Assembly: GCA_963762255.1 (NCBI GenBank)
Contig: CAVXKA010000003.1
Span: 800,001 to 864,000, forward strand
Length of the DNA: 64,000 nucleotides
Origin: Candidatus Eiseniibacteriota bacterium
GTDB lineage: Bacteria; Eisenbacteria; RBG-16-71-46; JABDJR01
Direction of reading: 5' to 3'
Part shown: positions 48,073 to 57,184 of the stretch, piece after piece
How the letters are laid out: each line of letters begins with the position of its first letter
Numbering within the stretch: the first letter of the stretch is position 1
The notes under the pieces: model-generated
What the model was told of the DNA's origin: nothing
The model's database searches: none
What the model saw: the letters and a program-made list of their open reading frames with translations, nothing else
Translations under genes and position numbers: made by a program

Positions 48073-49265
48073 CCTCGGCCCACCGCCGGGGCGTCGAGCA
48101 GACCGGCGCCGAGGCGCGATCCTTGCGGCCCGGAGATGACGCGACGGAGCGTGTCGTCGGTGGCCTCGATGAAGTTGTCCGCGGTGAACAGACGATCGAA
48201 GCGTTCTCTCCCCCGGGCGCCGAGTTCGGCGCACCACACCGGAGCGAGAAGAAGCCGGGAGAGGGCGTCGATCCAGGCATCGACCGCGTCCGGCTCGACC
48301 AGAATCCCCGTGACGCCGTCCTCGACGACTTCAGGAATGCCGCCGGTGCGACTCGCCACGATCGCGCGGCCGTAGCTCATGGCCTCGGTCAGCACGCGCC
48401 CGAATCCCTCCCAGCGGGAGGCAAGGCACACGACATCGGCCGCTCCAAGGTAGGGACCGGCGTCCGGTACCGCACCGGTGAAGGTCACACGATCGGCAAC
48501 GTTGTTGCGAGCGACCAGATCGCGCAATGTCGGCTCCCAACTGCCGGAGCCGACAAGAACGAGACGGACGGAATGGCCGCAGCTTACGAGGCCGGCTACG
48601 GCGGCGATGAGCACGTCCGCTCCCTTCGAGGGCTCCAGGGAGCCGGCCTGGACGATGAGCCTCTCGTCTGCGGTGCGGCGGAGCGCTTCGCCGAGGCGGC
48701 GGCTTTCGGCGCGTCGATCGGCGTCGGGAGGATCCGTGCCGTTCCATATCGTGGTCACGCGCGAAGCGGGGAGGTTCAGGATGCGGCACGCGTTGCCGGA
48801 TACCGCCTCCGAGATGCCGAGGAGATGGTCGGGGAAGCCAGCCAGAAACCATCGGTGCGCGCGATTGATCGCGTCGCTTCCCGCCACTCCCTCGGCGTTC
48901 ACCAACATGCCGTGGATGGTCGTCACCAACCGGGGTCTCCGGTCGGGTCGAAGCGTTCGGGCGGCAAGCGCGGCCATCCCGCCAAGCAGATCCGCGTTCC
49001 GGCAATGCGTGTGCACGACATCCACGTCCTCGCGCCGGCAGTACTGGACGAGACGCAGAACGGATTCGACATCGGACCGACCGGATAGGGACACGGGAAG
49101 GTACGACGCGTTTCCGATCGCGCCAGGATCGTTGAGCAGGCCGCCGGGAGGCGCCGCCACCGTCACGCGCCAGTCCCGCTTCGAGAGACGGCTGGCGAGC
49201 ATGGCGGTATGCCGCTCGCTACCTGCGCGCAAGTTGTATCCCTGCACTTCAAGAACGTGGAACAT
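48069..49265 (-). CDS. GT4 glycosyltransferase
   Basis: GSERH, DVVHTH, WNGTD, SKGAD and SRWEGFGRVLTEAM. Confidence 0.9.
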   Translation of the reverse strand: MFHVLEVQGYNLRAGSERHTAMLASRLSKRDWRVTVAAPPGGLLNDPGAIGNASYLPVSLSGRSDVESVLRLVQYCRREDVDVVHTHCRNADLLGGMAALAARTLRPDRRPRLVTTIHGMLVNAEGVAGSDAINRAHRWFLAGFPDHLLGISEAVSGNACRILNLPASRVTTIWNGTDPPDADRRAESRRLGEALRRTADERLIVQAGSLEPSKGADVLIAAVAGLVSCGHSVRLVLVGSGSWEPTLRDLVARNNVADRVTFTGAVPDAGPYLGAADVVCLASRWEGFGRVLTEAMSYGRAIVASRTGGIPEVVEDGVTGILVEPDAVDAWIDALSRLLLAPVWCAELGARGRERFDRLFTADNFIEATDDTLRRVISGPQGSRLGAGLLDAPAVGRG

Positions 49266-49676
49266 CGTGCCGCCTTCGTGACCGGAGATGAATAGACCGT
49301 CTTTCCGTCATCGACCCCCACTGCGGCGCTGCTGAGTCATAACCGTGCGACTCGCGCGAAACGCAGCGATAATTCGAAAATATATATCGTTTTGACCGCC
49401 TGCCCGGAGTCCTGCCGAATCGCAGTCATTGCCGTAGAAATCGCCTTTTCGCGCGAGACGCGTGCGCGAACCGCATGCGACGAACCACTCTACGTATTGA
49501 TCTCATTCCGCGAGACAATTCCACTGTCCGTCTCGTTTGGGAAGATTTGTGTCGGCCTCGCTCCAAATGGAGGAGGGTCCAGCTCAAGCCACAGGGCTAA
49601 ACGCACGAAGACTGGGTGTGGCCCGAGCGCGTGTCCCCGTGGGGATTCGCTCGGGCCCTGGAAAGGAATCCACCCG

Positions 49677-50216
49677 ATGGCCCGATTCGTCCGTCCGCGC
49701 CTGCTCGTCGCGCTCGCGATCTTGTGCATAGCCATGTCGCCGACTGCTGCAATCTCCGCTCCCCCATCCAATCCGGATGCGACCGAGATGGGGCAGGAGG
49801 AGTTGGCGATCCCCTCCGGGATCTCCCGGTACCGCCTGCAACTCGACCAGGGAGAGAACATGATCGAGTTCTCTGTCTCCGTCTGGGGCGAGGTACGGCG
49901 TCCCGGTCTGTATTCGGTTCCCGAAGGCACGACGCTGCTCGACTTGATCTCTCTGGCCGGGGGACCGACCAGTGCGGCCAAGTTGAACGACGTGAAGTTG
50001 GTGAGGTCCGCCAGCGTCACGACCGGCAGGAAGAGCGTCGTGGAAGTGAACCTCGACGACTTCATCAAGGAGGGAGATCCTGAAGTTCAGACGCTTCTGA
50101 TCCCCGACGATACGGTGGTCATCAAGGCCAAGCACTCGACGAGCATTCTCAAGTGGACGAGCTTCGTCTCCGTTCTCGCGCTGGTCGCCAACGTGGTGGT
50201 CAACGGAACCAAGTAG
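49677..50216 (+). CDS. SLBB-domain polysaccharide export protein (short Wza-like)
   Basis: Signal peptide, VSVWGEVRRPGLY…TLLDLISLAGG…LIPDDTVVI, and a C-terminal amphipathic helix. Confidence 0.8.
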   Translation: MARFVRPRLLVALAILCIAMSPTAAISAPPSNPDATEMGQEELAIPSGISRYRLQLDQGENMIEFSVSVWGEVRRPGLYSVPEGTTLLDLISLAGGPTSAAKLNDVKLVRSASVTTGRKSVVEVNLDDFIKEGDPEVQTLLIPDDTVVIKAKHSTSILKWTSFVSVLALVANVVVNGTK

Positions 50217-50264
50217 CAGGGAGTTCTCCGGTCTCGCGAAACCCCCTCGGAAGGATCAATCTCC

Positions 50265-52430
50265 GTGACTGACACGTCTCGTTCCAACGACCACGCAAAC
50301 CTGGCCACCACGCTCACCCGGAGCTGGTGGCTGATCGCGCTCGCCGTCGGGCTCTTCGCGCTGGGCGCGTTCTGGCTCAGCATCCGCAGCCGCCCGTCGT
50401 ACGAGGCCCGGACCACCATTCGACTGAATCCTTCGGGTGAGACGGGGATGGCGGCCATGCTCCAGCCTCAGGCGCTGAGCGGTCGCATCGTCCTCATGGA
50501 CGACGAATTGGAAGTGCTGCGCAGTCGCTCCCTGGCCGAGGCGGTCCTCGAACGGGCGCGCCGCGGGAACGAGAACCTGTCGTTCCTGGACGGACTGGAC
50601 GACCAGCGTGCGCCGGAAGCCCTCCTGACGGCGGTCAGCGTCACCCCCATTCGCAAGAGCCAGCTCATCGAACTCAAGATCCGCGCCCCTCGGGCCGCCG
50701 AGGCGAGGGATCTCGTGAACCTTTACGCGGCCATCTACCAGGAGCGGAACCGGCAGGAGACACGAAGCGAAATCCGCAAGACCAAGGAGTTCCTGCAAGA
50801 GCAAGTGGACCTGGTCATGCGGCGCTTGGAACTCACCGAGGACGCGCTCAAGGACTACCGCACGAGCATGCGGGTGGCCGACCTCCGCGAGGACACCGAA
50901 ACGACGGTGTCCAAGATGGCCGAGTTCCGGGCCGACTACAACCGCGTGAGAGCGGACCTGCAGGCGGGGGAAGATCGCCTTCGGTATCTTCGCGACCGGC
51001 TGGCCGAGCGCCGCGCTACGTTGGTCGTGGATGTCCAGAACGTGGATGACGGTCTGGTTGAGAGCATGAGGCAGGACCTGGGTCGATTGGAGGCGGCTCG
51101 ATCCCGCCTGCTCGCCCAGGGTCTCTCACCGGATCACGAGAAGATGAAGGAAGTGGAGGCCCAGATCCAGCGCATCCGCAACCGGCTGGAAGTGGCCGCC
51201 AACACTGCGGCCCGGAGTCAGGGGACGTACGGGGACCCCGTGGGCGAATCCCAGGCGCTGGCCCGGGAGATCACCGCGCTCGAGGGTGACGTGCTGACCC
51301 TGCGCTCCCGGGGCGAAGCCCTTGCCCGCATCGTAGGCGGCTACGACGAAGATCTTCGCGAACTACCCACCGTGGCGCTGCAACTCGCTCGTCTCGAGCG
51401 GAACCGGGCCGCCGACGAGAAGATCCTGGCCATGCTGGCCGATCGCCTGGAAGAAGCCCGGATCCGTGAGGCGGGGCTGCTGGGACAAGTGACCATCGTG
51501 GACCCGGCGACGGTGCCCCTGTCACCCGTTTCGCCTCGTCCGTTCCGCGACACGGTCATGGGACTCCTCGCCGGCCTGTTGGTCGGCGTGGCGGTGGCCC
51601 TGACGCGGTCGCGCCTCGACGATCGACTGGAAAGCCTCGATGAACTGGAGCGCTTCCTCGGATCGAAGCCGCTCGGCGTACTCCCCCGCATTCAGCCGCA
51701 GGGAGAGGATGCCAAGAAGGGCCGGCTCATCCTCACCGACAAGGGATGGCTGCCGGCCTACGAGTCATATCGAAAAGTGTGGACCAACCTCCGGTTCGCG
51801 GTCGTAGACGAGGGTTGTCGGACGCTCTGCGTGACGTCCCCGATACCGTCGGAGGGCAAGAGCCTCACGTCGGTCAATCTCGCCCTCGTGGCGAGTGCCC
51901 GCGAGAACCGAGTGTTGCTTGTAGATGCCGACCTGCGCCGGCCCCAGGTGCACCGGCTCTTGGGTCTCTCGAACTCCTGCGGTCTCACCGACGTCCTGAC
52001 GGGATCGGTCCCTCTGGAGACCGCCGTTTCCCGGACCCGGTTCGACGGTCTCGATCTGCTCAGTTCCGGCCCGCTTCCCTCCAACCCGGGGGATCTTCTC
52101 GGCTCTCAGGCCATGGCCAAGCTGGTGGAGCGGCTGCGCGGGATGTACGACATCGTGATCATCGACACTCCGCCGGTGATTCCGTTCAGCGACGCTCTCG
52201 AGATCGGGAGACGTGTGGACGGCATCGTCCTGGTCGCGCGCATGGGTATGACCGGACGGCGCCTTCTCCGGGCCGCCATCGACACGATCGCCGGCTCGTC
52301 GACGCGCGTCCTCGGCGTGATTGCCAACGACTACAAGCGCGCGGGTAAGCGAGGCCTCCTGACTCGGGGATACGACTACCACTACGCCAATCCCGAGTAC
52401 GATTCCAAATCGAAGAAGCGAGCCGCCTGA
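50265..52430 (+). CDS. wzc: Polysaccharide co-polymerase / BY tyrosine autokinase
   Basis: TM, coiled coil, second TM (PVSPRP), Walker A SPIPSEGKS, VDADLRRP, IIDTPP and a Tyr-rich tail. Confidence 0.92.
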   Translation: MTDTSRSNDHANLATTLTRSWWLIALAVGLFALGAFWLSIRSRPSYEARTTIRLNPSGETGMAAMLQPQALSGRIVLMDDELEVLRSRSLAEAVLERARRGNENLSFLDGLDDQRAPEALLTAVSVTPIRKSQLIELKIRAPRAAEARDLVNLYAAIYQERNRQETRSEIRKTKEFLQEQVDLVMRRLELTEDALKDYRTSMRVADLREDTETTVSKMAEFRADYNRVRADLQAGEDRLRYLRDRLAERRATLVVDVQNVDDGLVESMRQDLGRLEAARSRLLAQGLSPDHEKMKEVEAQIQRIRNRLEVAANTAARSQGTYGDPVGESQALAREITALEGDVLTLRSRGEALARIVGGYDEDLRELPTVALQLARLERNRAADEKILAMLADRLEEARIREAGLLGQVTIVDPATVPLSPVSPRPFRDTVMGLLAGLLVGVAVALTRSRLDDRLESLDELERFLGSKPLGVLPRIQPQGEDAKKGRLILTDKGWLPAYESYRKVWTNLRFAVVDEGCRTLCVTSPIPSEGKSLTSVNLALVASARENRVLLVDADLRRPQVHRLLGLSNSCGLTDVLTGSVPLETAVSRTRFDGLDLLSSGPLPSNPGDLLGSQAMAKLVERLRGMYDIVIIDTPPVIPFSDALEIGRRVDGIVLVARMGMTGRRLLRAAIDTIAGSSTRVLGVIANDYKRAGKRGLLTRGYDYHYANPEYDSKSKKRAA

Positions 52431-53866
52431 TGGTGCGGCGCCTCGACCTGGTTCTCGCGTCATCCCTGGCCTTCACGGCCATGGTCTGCACCGCGTTGGG
52501 AGCCGGGAGCGTGGGGCCTGCCATCTTTCTCGTCCCGGCGGCCGCAGCAGTCCTGCTCGCGGCGGCGGTCTGCCTGGACTTGAAGCGACTCGTCCTGCTG
52601 TTCACCGCGGCAATGCTTGCTCTCGTCGCCTACGCTCCCGCCATCGGCGCGACGTCGGAGAACCTCCTCTTCAGCTTCCCTCTCTATGACGAAGTACAGG
52701 GAGGGATGACGCCCTTGGAGCTGATTCTGCTCGCGCTGCTGGCCTCGGCATTCGTCCTTCGAGTGCGCACCGGCCCCCTTCCGGGGGCAACGATTCCCCT
52801 GGTTCTGTTCATGGTGTTCGTATCACTCACCGCGGTGGCCCTCCTCCGCGGGCACGGTTCGGCCGCCTACACCGAACTCCGACTCCTCCTGCCGTTTTTC
52901 CTGAGCTTTACCATCGGTTGGCTTCTCCTCCCCGGCGCCCGCACGCTTCGATGGCTCGGCGTCGGGCTCCTGCTCGGAGTACTGGCCGGGGGGATCCGGG
53001 CAGTCCTCCTCCACACGCTCCATCTGGGATTCCGCTACGGAGATTTCCTTCGCGTATCTGTCGATACCGGAGACTATCTCTTCCAGGTCTTCGCTCTGGT
53101 GTGGCTCTTTGCGGCGTGGCTCACGGGAGGAAAGCGATGGGCGGCGCTCCTGCTTCCCCTCGTGACGGCAGCGCTCGTCTTCTCGTTCGCTCGAGGCGCG
53201 TGGATGGTGGCTCTGTGCGCCCTCTCGGCGGTAGTCGTCGCCGGCGTCGCGATGGGCCGGGGTCACGTGCGCCGGATCGGCTGGGCCATACCTCTGGCCG
53301 CAGCCTCGGTTCTCGCCGTCGCCGGGGTCACAGGCGAAGGCCGCCGGATGGAGGAACGCATCGCCACGGTCCTGGACTGGCGGGATCACGATCCCAACGT
53401 GTACCGCCTCATCGAGAGCCGAAACGCCTTGCAGAGTATCCAGGAACGACCGTGGTGGGGCGGCGGGCTGGGGGCGCGGTACCGCGGGGACGTGGCTCTC
53501 CGTCGCAGCGCCCACGTGCCCATCACGACCCTCGTTCACAACAACTTGCTGTGGCTCGGCCTCAAGGGGGGCATCACGCTTGCCGCCTCTTTCGTCACCC
53601 TGCTCCTGGCGCTGCTCTGGGCAAGCATGCGCCGAGGTCTCAAAGCGACCGAGCCCGACGCGCGCTTCTGGTATCTGGCTACCTTTGGGGTCCTCTGCGG
53701 GTACCTGGCCCTCTCCCTGGTGGGAGCGCTCCTGCAGCATGTGCGGGACAACGTGCTCCTCGGCCTTCTTCTGGGACTCGCGGCTGCGTCACTCCCGGAG
53801 ACCCTCAGGCATGGGGAATCGCCATCGCCCCGCGAGCTTAAGGCCGAGGCCGAACTCCGCCGATAA
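52430..53866 (+). CDS. O-antigen ligase / Wzy polymerase family membrane protein
   Basis: About 12 TMs, SFARGAW, PWWGGGLG and VHNNLLWL…GG. Confidence 0.8.
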   Translation: MVRRLDLVLASSLAFTAMVCTALGAGSVGPAIFLVPAAAAVLLAAAVCLDLKRLVLLFTAAMLALVAYAPAIGATSENLLFSFPLYDEVQGGMTPLELILLALLASAFVLRVRTGPLPGATIPLVLFMVFVSLTAVALLRGHGSAAYTELRLLLPFFLSFTIGWLLLPGARTLRWLGVGLLLGVLAGGIRAVLLHTLHLGFRYGDFLRVSVDTGDYLFQVFALVWLFAAWLTGGKRWAALLLPLVTAALVFSFARGAWMVALCALSAVVVAGVAMGRGHVRRIGWAIPLAAASVLAVAGVTGEGRRMEERIATVLDWRDHDPNVYRLIESRNALQSIQERPWWGGGLGARYRGDVALRRSAHVPITTLVHNNLLWLGLKGGITLAASFVTLLLALLWASMRRGLKATEPDARFWYLATFGVLCGYLALSLVGALLQHVRDNVLLGLLLGLAAASLPETLRHGESPSPRELKAEAELRR

Positions 53867-53941
53867 CCGGGGTCCGGAAACAGAGAAGCGCGGAGGAGTC
53901 GGGGCATCGGAGCCCGTGTCGCCGCAAGTCAGGAGAGAACG

Positions 53942-54400
53942 ATGCAGGATGCCAATAAAGTAATCGCGCACTATCTCACCGGGGAACTGGTCAAGGGCAC
54001 GACCCACGATTTCTTTCCGACCCGTCCGACCTTTCACATCGAACTGGTGAACGGGAACGAGAATATCGAGATCCCCTGCAAGAGCCTCAAAGCCCTCTTC
54101 TTCGTGCGGGATTTTGCGGGCTCTCCCCGGCGCAACAACATACCCGGGTTCATCTCGGGGCCCGGCGAGACCGCGCACGGGAAGAAGATCACGGTCCGGT
54201 TCAAGGACGGAGAACTCCTCTGCGGCTACACGCTCACCTACTCGCCCGAGCGGGAGGGGTTCTTCGTGTTCCCCTCCGACGCGCAGAGCAACAACCTGCG
54301 CGTCTACGTTCTGGTCGCCTCCACGACGACGATCAAGACGGGCCCCGCCGCCGAAGCCCTCGCCAGGCAGGCACTGCAAAGCGGCGAGGCCGCTCGGTAG
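53942..54400 (+). CDS. Conserved hypothetical protein with two internal repeats (DUF6982-like)
   Basis: KVIAHYLTGELVKG…FFPTRPTFH resembles KITVRFKDGELLCG…YSPEREGFF. AGGAG RBS. The family name is from recall. Confidence 0.7.
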   Translation: MQDANKVIAHYLTGELVKGTTHDFFPTRPTFHIELVNGNENIEIPCKSLKALFFVRDFAGSPRRNNIPGFISGPGETAHGKKITVRFKDGELLCGYTLTYSPEREGFFVFPSDAQSNNLRVYVLVASTTTIKTGPAAEALARQALQSGEAAR

Positions 54401-54419
54401 GCGCGACCCGGCGGCCGCG

Positions 54420-56360
54420 CTAGCGCAGATCCACCTCCAACAGCCCGGCCAGCTCGGTGAGCGTCCGATCGAAACGGCTTAGCGCCGCTTCGATGGCGTC
54501 CGGCCGGGTGAGATCGACGCCGGCCCCGCGAAGCAGATCGAGCGGCGGCTCGCTGCACCCGCCCGACAGCATCTTGAGGTACGCCTGCACCGCGGGATCG
54601 CCCTGCTCCTTCACCCGCTCCGCGATGGCGATCCCCGACGAGAGCCCCGTCGCGTAGCTGTACATGTAGTACTTGTAGTAGAAGTGACCGACGTACGCCC
54701 ACTCCAGGCCGTCGTTCTCGTCCACGGTGAAACCCGGTCCGTAGTAGCGCTGTACCAGGCCGCGGTAGGTCTCGTCCAGCAGCGCGGCGGTGATCGGCGT
54801 CCCCTCTTCCACGAACCCGTGCACGAGACGTTCGAACTCGCTGAACAGGGTCTGGCGATAGATCGTGGTGCGAATGGTCTCGAGATCGCCCACCAGCAAG
54901 CCGATCTTCTCTTCCTTGGTCTTGGCGCGGGAGATGAGGTAGTCGGAGAGGAGCGCTTCGTTGCAGGTGGACGCGATCTCGGCCAGGAAGGGCACATAGC
55001 GATAGCCCTGATAGGGCTGGGCCTGCATCGACAGATAGCTGTGCAGAGCGTGGCCGAACTCGTGAGCCAGGGTCGACATGTCGTCCATCGAGTCCTGGTA
55101 GTTCATCTTCACGTAGGGATGGCGGCCGTAGACGCTCGCCGAGAACGCCCCGCTCTCCTTGTCGTTGCTCGGATAGAGATCGATCCACCCGGAGGCGGGG
55201 TCGAGGCCTTCCTTGAGTACCTTGCCGTACTCCTTACCAAGGGGCTTCAAGGCCTCCGGAATGACGCGAGCGGCCTCCGCGAAGGGCACCTTGACCTCGG
55301 CCGCTTCGGCGATGGGCACGTAGAGATCGTAGAGGTGCAGATCCTCGTACCCGAGGACCTTCTTGCGAAGCTCGACGTACCGGTGCAGCGGCTTCAGGTT
55401 GGCGTTGACGGCCCGGATCAGGTTGTCGTGCACCGCGGTGTCGATGTTGTCCTTGTCCATGTACGCTTCGAGCGCGGTATCGTAGTGCCGCGCGCGGGCG
55501 AACATCACGTCGAGCTCGAACTGGCCGGTCAGGGTGGCGGCGAAGGCGTGCTGGAAGCGGCGCAGGGTGGCGAAGAAGGCCGCCACCGCCTCGGCGCGCA
55601 CCTCCCGTTTGGGCGACGTGCGGAACCGGGTGTAGTTGGAGAGGGTGAGCTGGACCTCTTTGCCCTCTTCATCGTGAACGATCGGCCACGCGATGTCGGA
55701 GAGGAGCGCGTTGAACGTGTCCTCCGGGTTGGCGGGAAGCTCGTTCAGGTCGATCTCCGCCCAGAGGTTGTCCCCCGCCGACTGGAGGATCCGCTCGGCA
55801 TCCGCCTCGAGAACGCGCGCGCGGCGGCGGCGCAGACCGTCGAGGTAGCCGCGGTACTCGGCCGGCCCGTTCGGGGCGGCGTACGCGCGGGTCATCGCCG
55901 CGTCATCGAGGGAGAGCACCTCGAACCGGATGAAGCCTGCGGCGGCGGTGAGCTCGTCCATCACCGAGAGCGCCCGCTGATGCTTGGCCTGCAGCGATTC
56001 GTCGGTGAGCGTGGTGTTGAGCGAGAGAGACGCGTACTGCTGCGCGTGGGTGGCGCGATCGTGCAGTGAGAAGTAGAGGGCCAGGCATTCCTTCAGCGCC
56101 GTCGGGTCGCTCAGCTTTCCGCGATAGGGGGTCAGCTTGCCGACATCGGCCTGCAACGAGTTCAGCGCGATCTCCCAGGCCGCGTTCGATTCGAACAAGG
56201 GAGTCAGGCTCCACTTGTAGGCATCGGGCACCTGGTCCCGGCTGTGATTGGAGTCGGGGGTGTAGGCGGGGAGGGCGCCGGCGAGGACGGGCGCGGCGAG
56301 GAGCAGCGACGCCAGGATCGTCAGCGAGATGGACGCGGGGCGATGGGACGGCCGGAACAT
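54420..56360 (-). CDS. pepF: Oligoendopeptidase F (peptidase M3B) with N-terminal signal peptide
   Basis: YKWSL, WIDLY, KESGAFS, TLAHEFGH, AEIASTCNE, RQTLFSEFE and YMYSYATG. Confidence 0.92.
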   Translation of the reverse strand: MFRPSHRPASISLTILASLLLAAPVLAGALPAYTPDSNHSRDQVPDAYKWSLTPLFESNAAWEIALNSLQADVGKLTPYRGKLSDPTALKECLALYFSLHDRATHAQQYASLSLNTTLTDESLQAKHQRALSVMDELTAAAGFIRFEVLSLDDAAMTRAYAAPNGPAEYRGYLDGLRRRRARVLEADAERILQSAGDNLWAEIDLNELPANPEDTFNALLSDIAWPIVHDEEGKEVQLTLSNYTRFRTSPKREVRAEAVAAFFATLRRFQHAFAATLTGQFELDVMFARARHYDTALEAYMDKDNIDTAVHDNLIRAVNANLKPLHRYVELRKKVLGYEDLHLYDLYVPIAEAAEVKVPFAEAARVIPEALKPLGKEYGKVLKEGLDPASGWIDLYPSNDKESGAFSASVYGRHPYVKMNYQDSMDDMSTLAHEFGHALHSYLSMQAQPYQGYRYVPFLAEIASTCNEALLSDYLISRAKTKEEKIGLLVGDLETIRTTIYRQTLFSEFERLVHGFVEEGTPITAALLDETYRGLVQRYYGPGFTVDENDGLEWAYVGHFYYKYYMYSYATGLSSGIAIAERVKEQGDPAVQAYLKMLSGGCSEPPLDLLRGAGVDLTRPDAIEAALSRFDRTLTELAGLLEVDLR

Positions 56361-56455
56361 GAAGAACCTCCTGGCAATGAGCTGCGGGCCGAAACTCGCG
56401 GGCCGGGCGGAGACGCTCCGCCGGGCCCGCCAACGAGAGAGATCCGCGGGACCGG

Positions 56456-57022
56456 TTACCGGTACAGCGCCTTGATTCCGCCCCAGGTCGCGTCTTCGAC
56501 AGGCGTGTTGCATGTCGCCGGCTGCGGCGCGATCCGGGTGCCGGAGGATTCCTCACGGGTGCACGAACCGGTGAGGAACTCGCATGCCCCCTCCCCGATG
56601 TAGGTCACGGTCAGCGTGGAGGTCGCCTGGTACGAGTCGGCGCTTCGCGTGCCGTGCACCACCGCCACGAAGCTGGCCGTGCAGCCCTCGATGATCTCCA
56701 TGGTCCACGTGCACTCCACGTCGATCTGCGTGTCTGAGATCGATCCCGTGCAGGCGAACCCTGTTTCGGGATCACCCAGGTAGACCGGATCGCCGGCGCA
56801 CATCGTGTCCGTGAAGGACTCGGAGTAGACCTCTTCCTGCGTGTCGCAGTCGTATCCGACGACATCCTCGGTCCAGATCCCCGCCCATGCCGCCGGCACG
56901 TTGTACTCGTCGTCCAGAGAGGATAGGGCGCCGGCCAGGGAGAGTTGCGGGACCCGTGCCAGGGTCACGGAAGGGATGATCAGGAACAGGACGCTAATGG
57001 ATAGGGCGATGTGTTTTCTCAT
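56456..57022 (-). CDS. Secreted Cys-rich protein with C-terminal TWGGIKALYR tail
   Basis: Signal MRKHIALSISVLFLIIPSVTLA, 8 Cys, and ends TPVEDATWGGIKALYR. Confidence 0.78.
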   Translation of the reverse strand: MRKHIALSISVLFLIIPSVTLARVPQLSLAGALSSLDDEYNVPAAWAGIWTEDVVGYDCDTQEEVYSESFTDTMCAGDPVYLGDPETGFACTGSISDTQIDVECTWTMEIIEGCTASFVAVVHGTRSADSYQATSTLTVTYIGEGACEFLTGSCTREESSGTRIAPQPATCNTPVEDATWGGIKALYR

Positions 57023-57184
57023 TTCAAGCCTCACGAGGGTTAAGAGCCAACCGAAAGGGTAGCGGAACCCGCGCGCCATGACAATCCGGGGCCGCGCTTC
57101 CCCCGGTGCCGAACCGCCCCGGTTCGCGGTAGACTCCCGCCTCGGTGGCCGCGTCGGGAACCGTCCCGCAACCCCGGAGGCACG

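Noticed and set aside
49270-49670. AT-rich divergent intergenic region as an ncRNA or ops/JUMPStart element
   Set aside because: I found no GGCGGTAG ops element or recognisable RNA motif. It is probably just divergent promoters that I cannot place.
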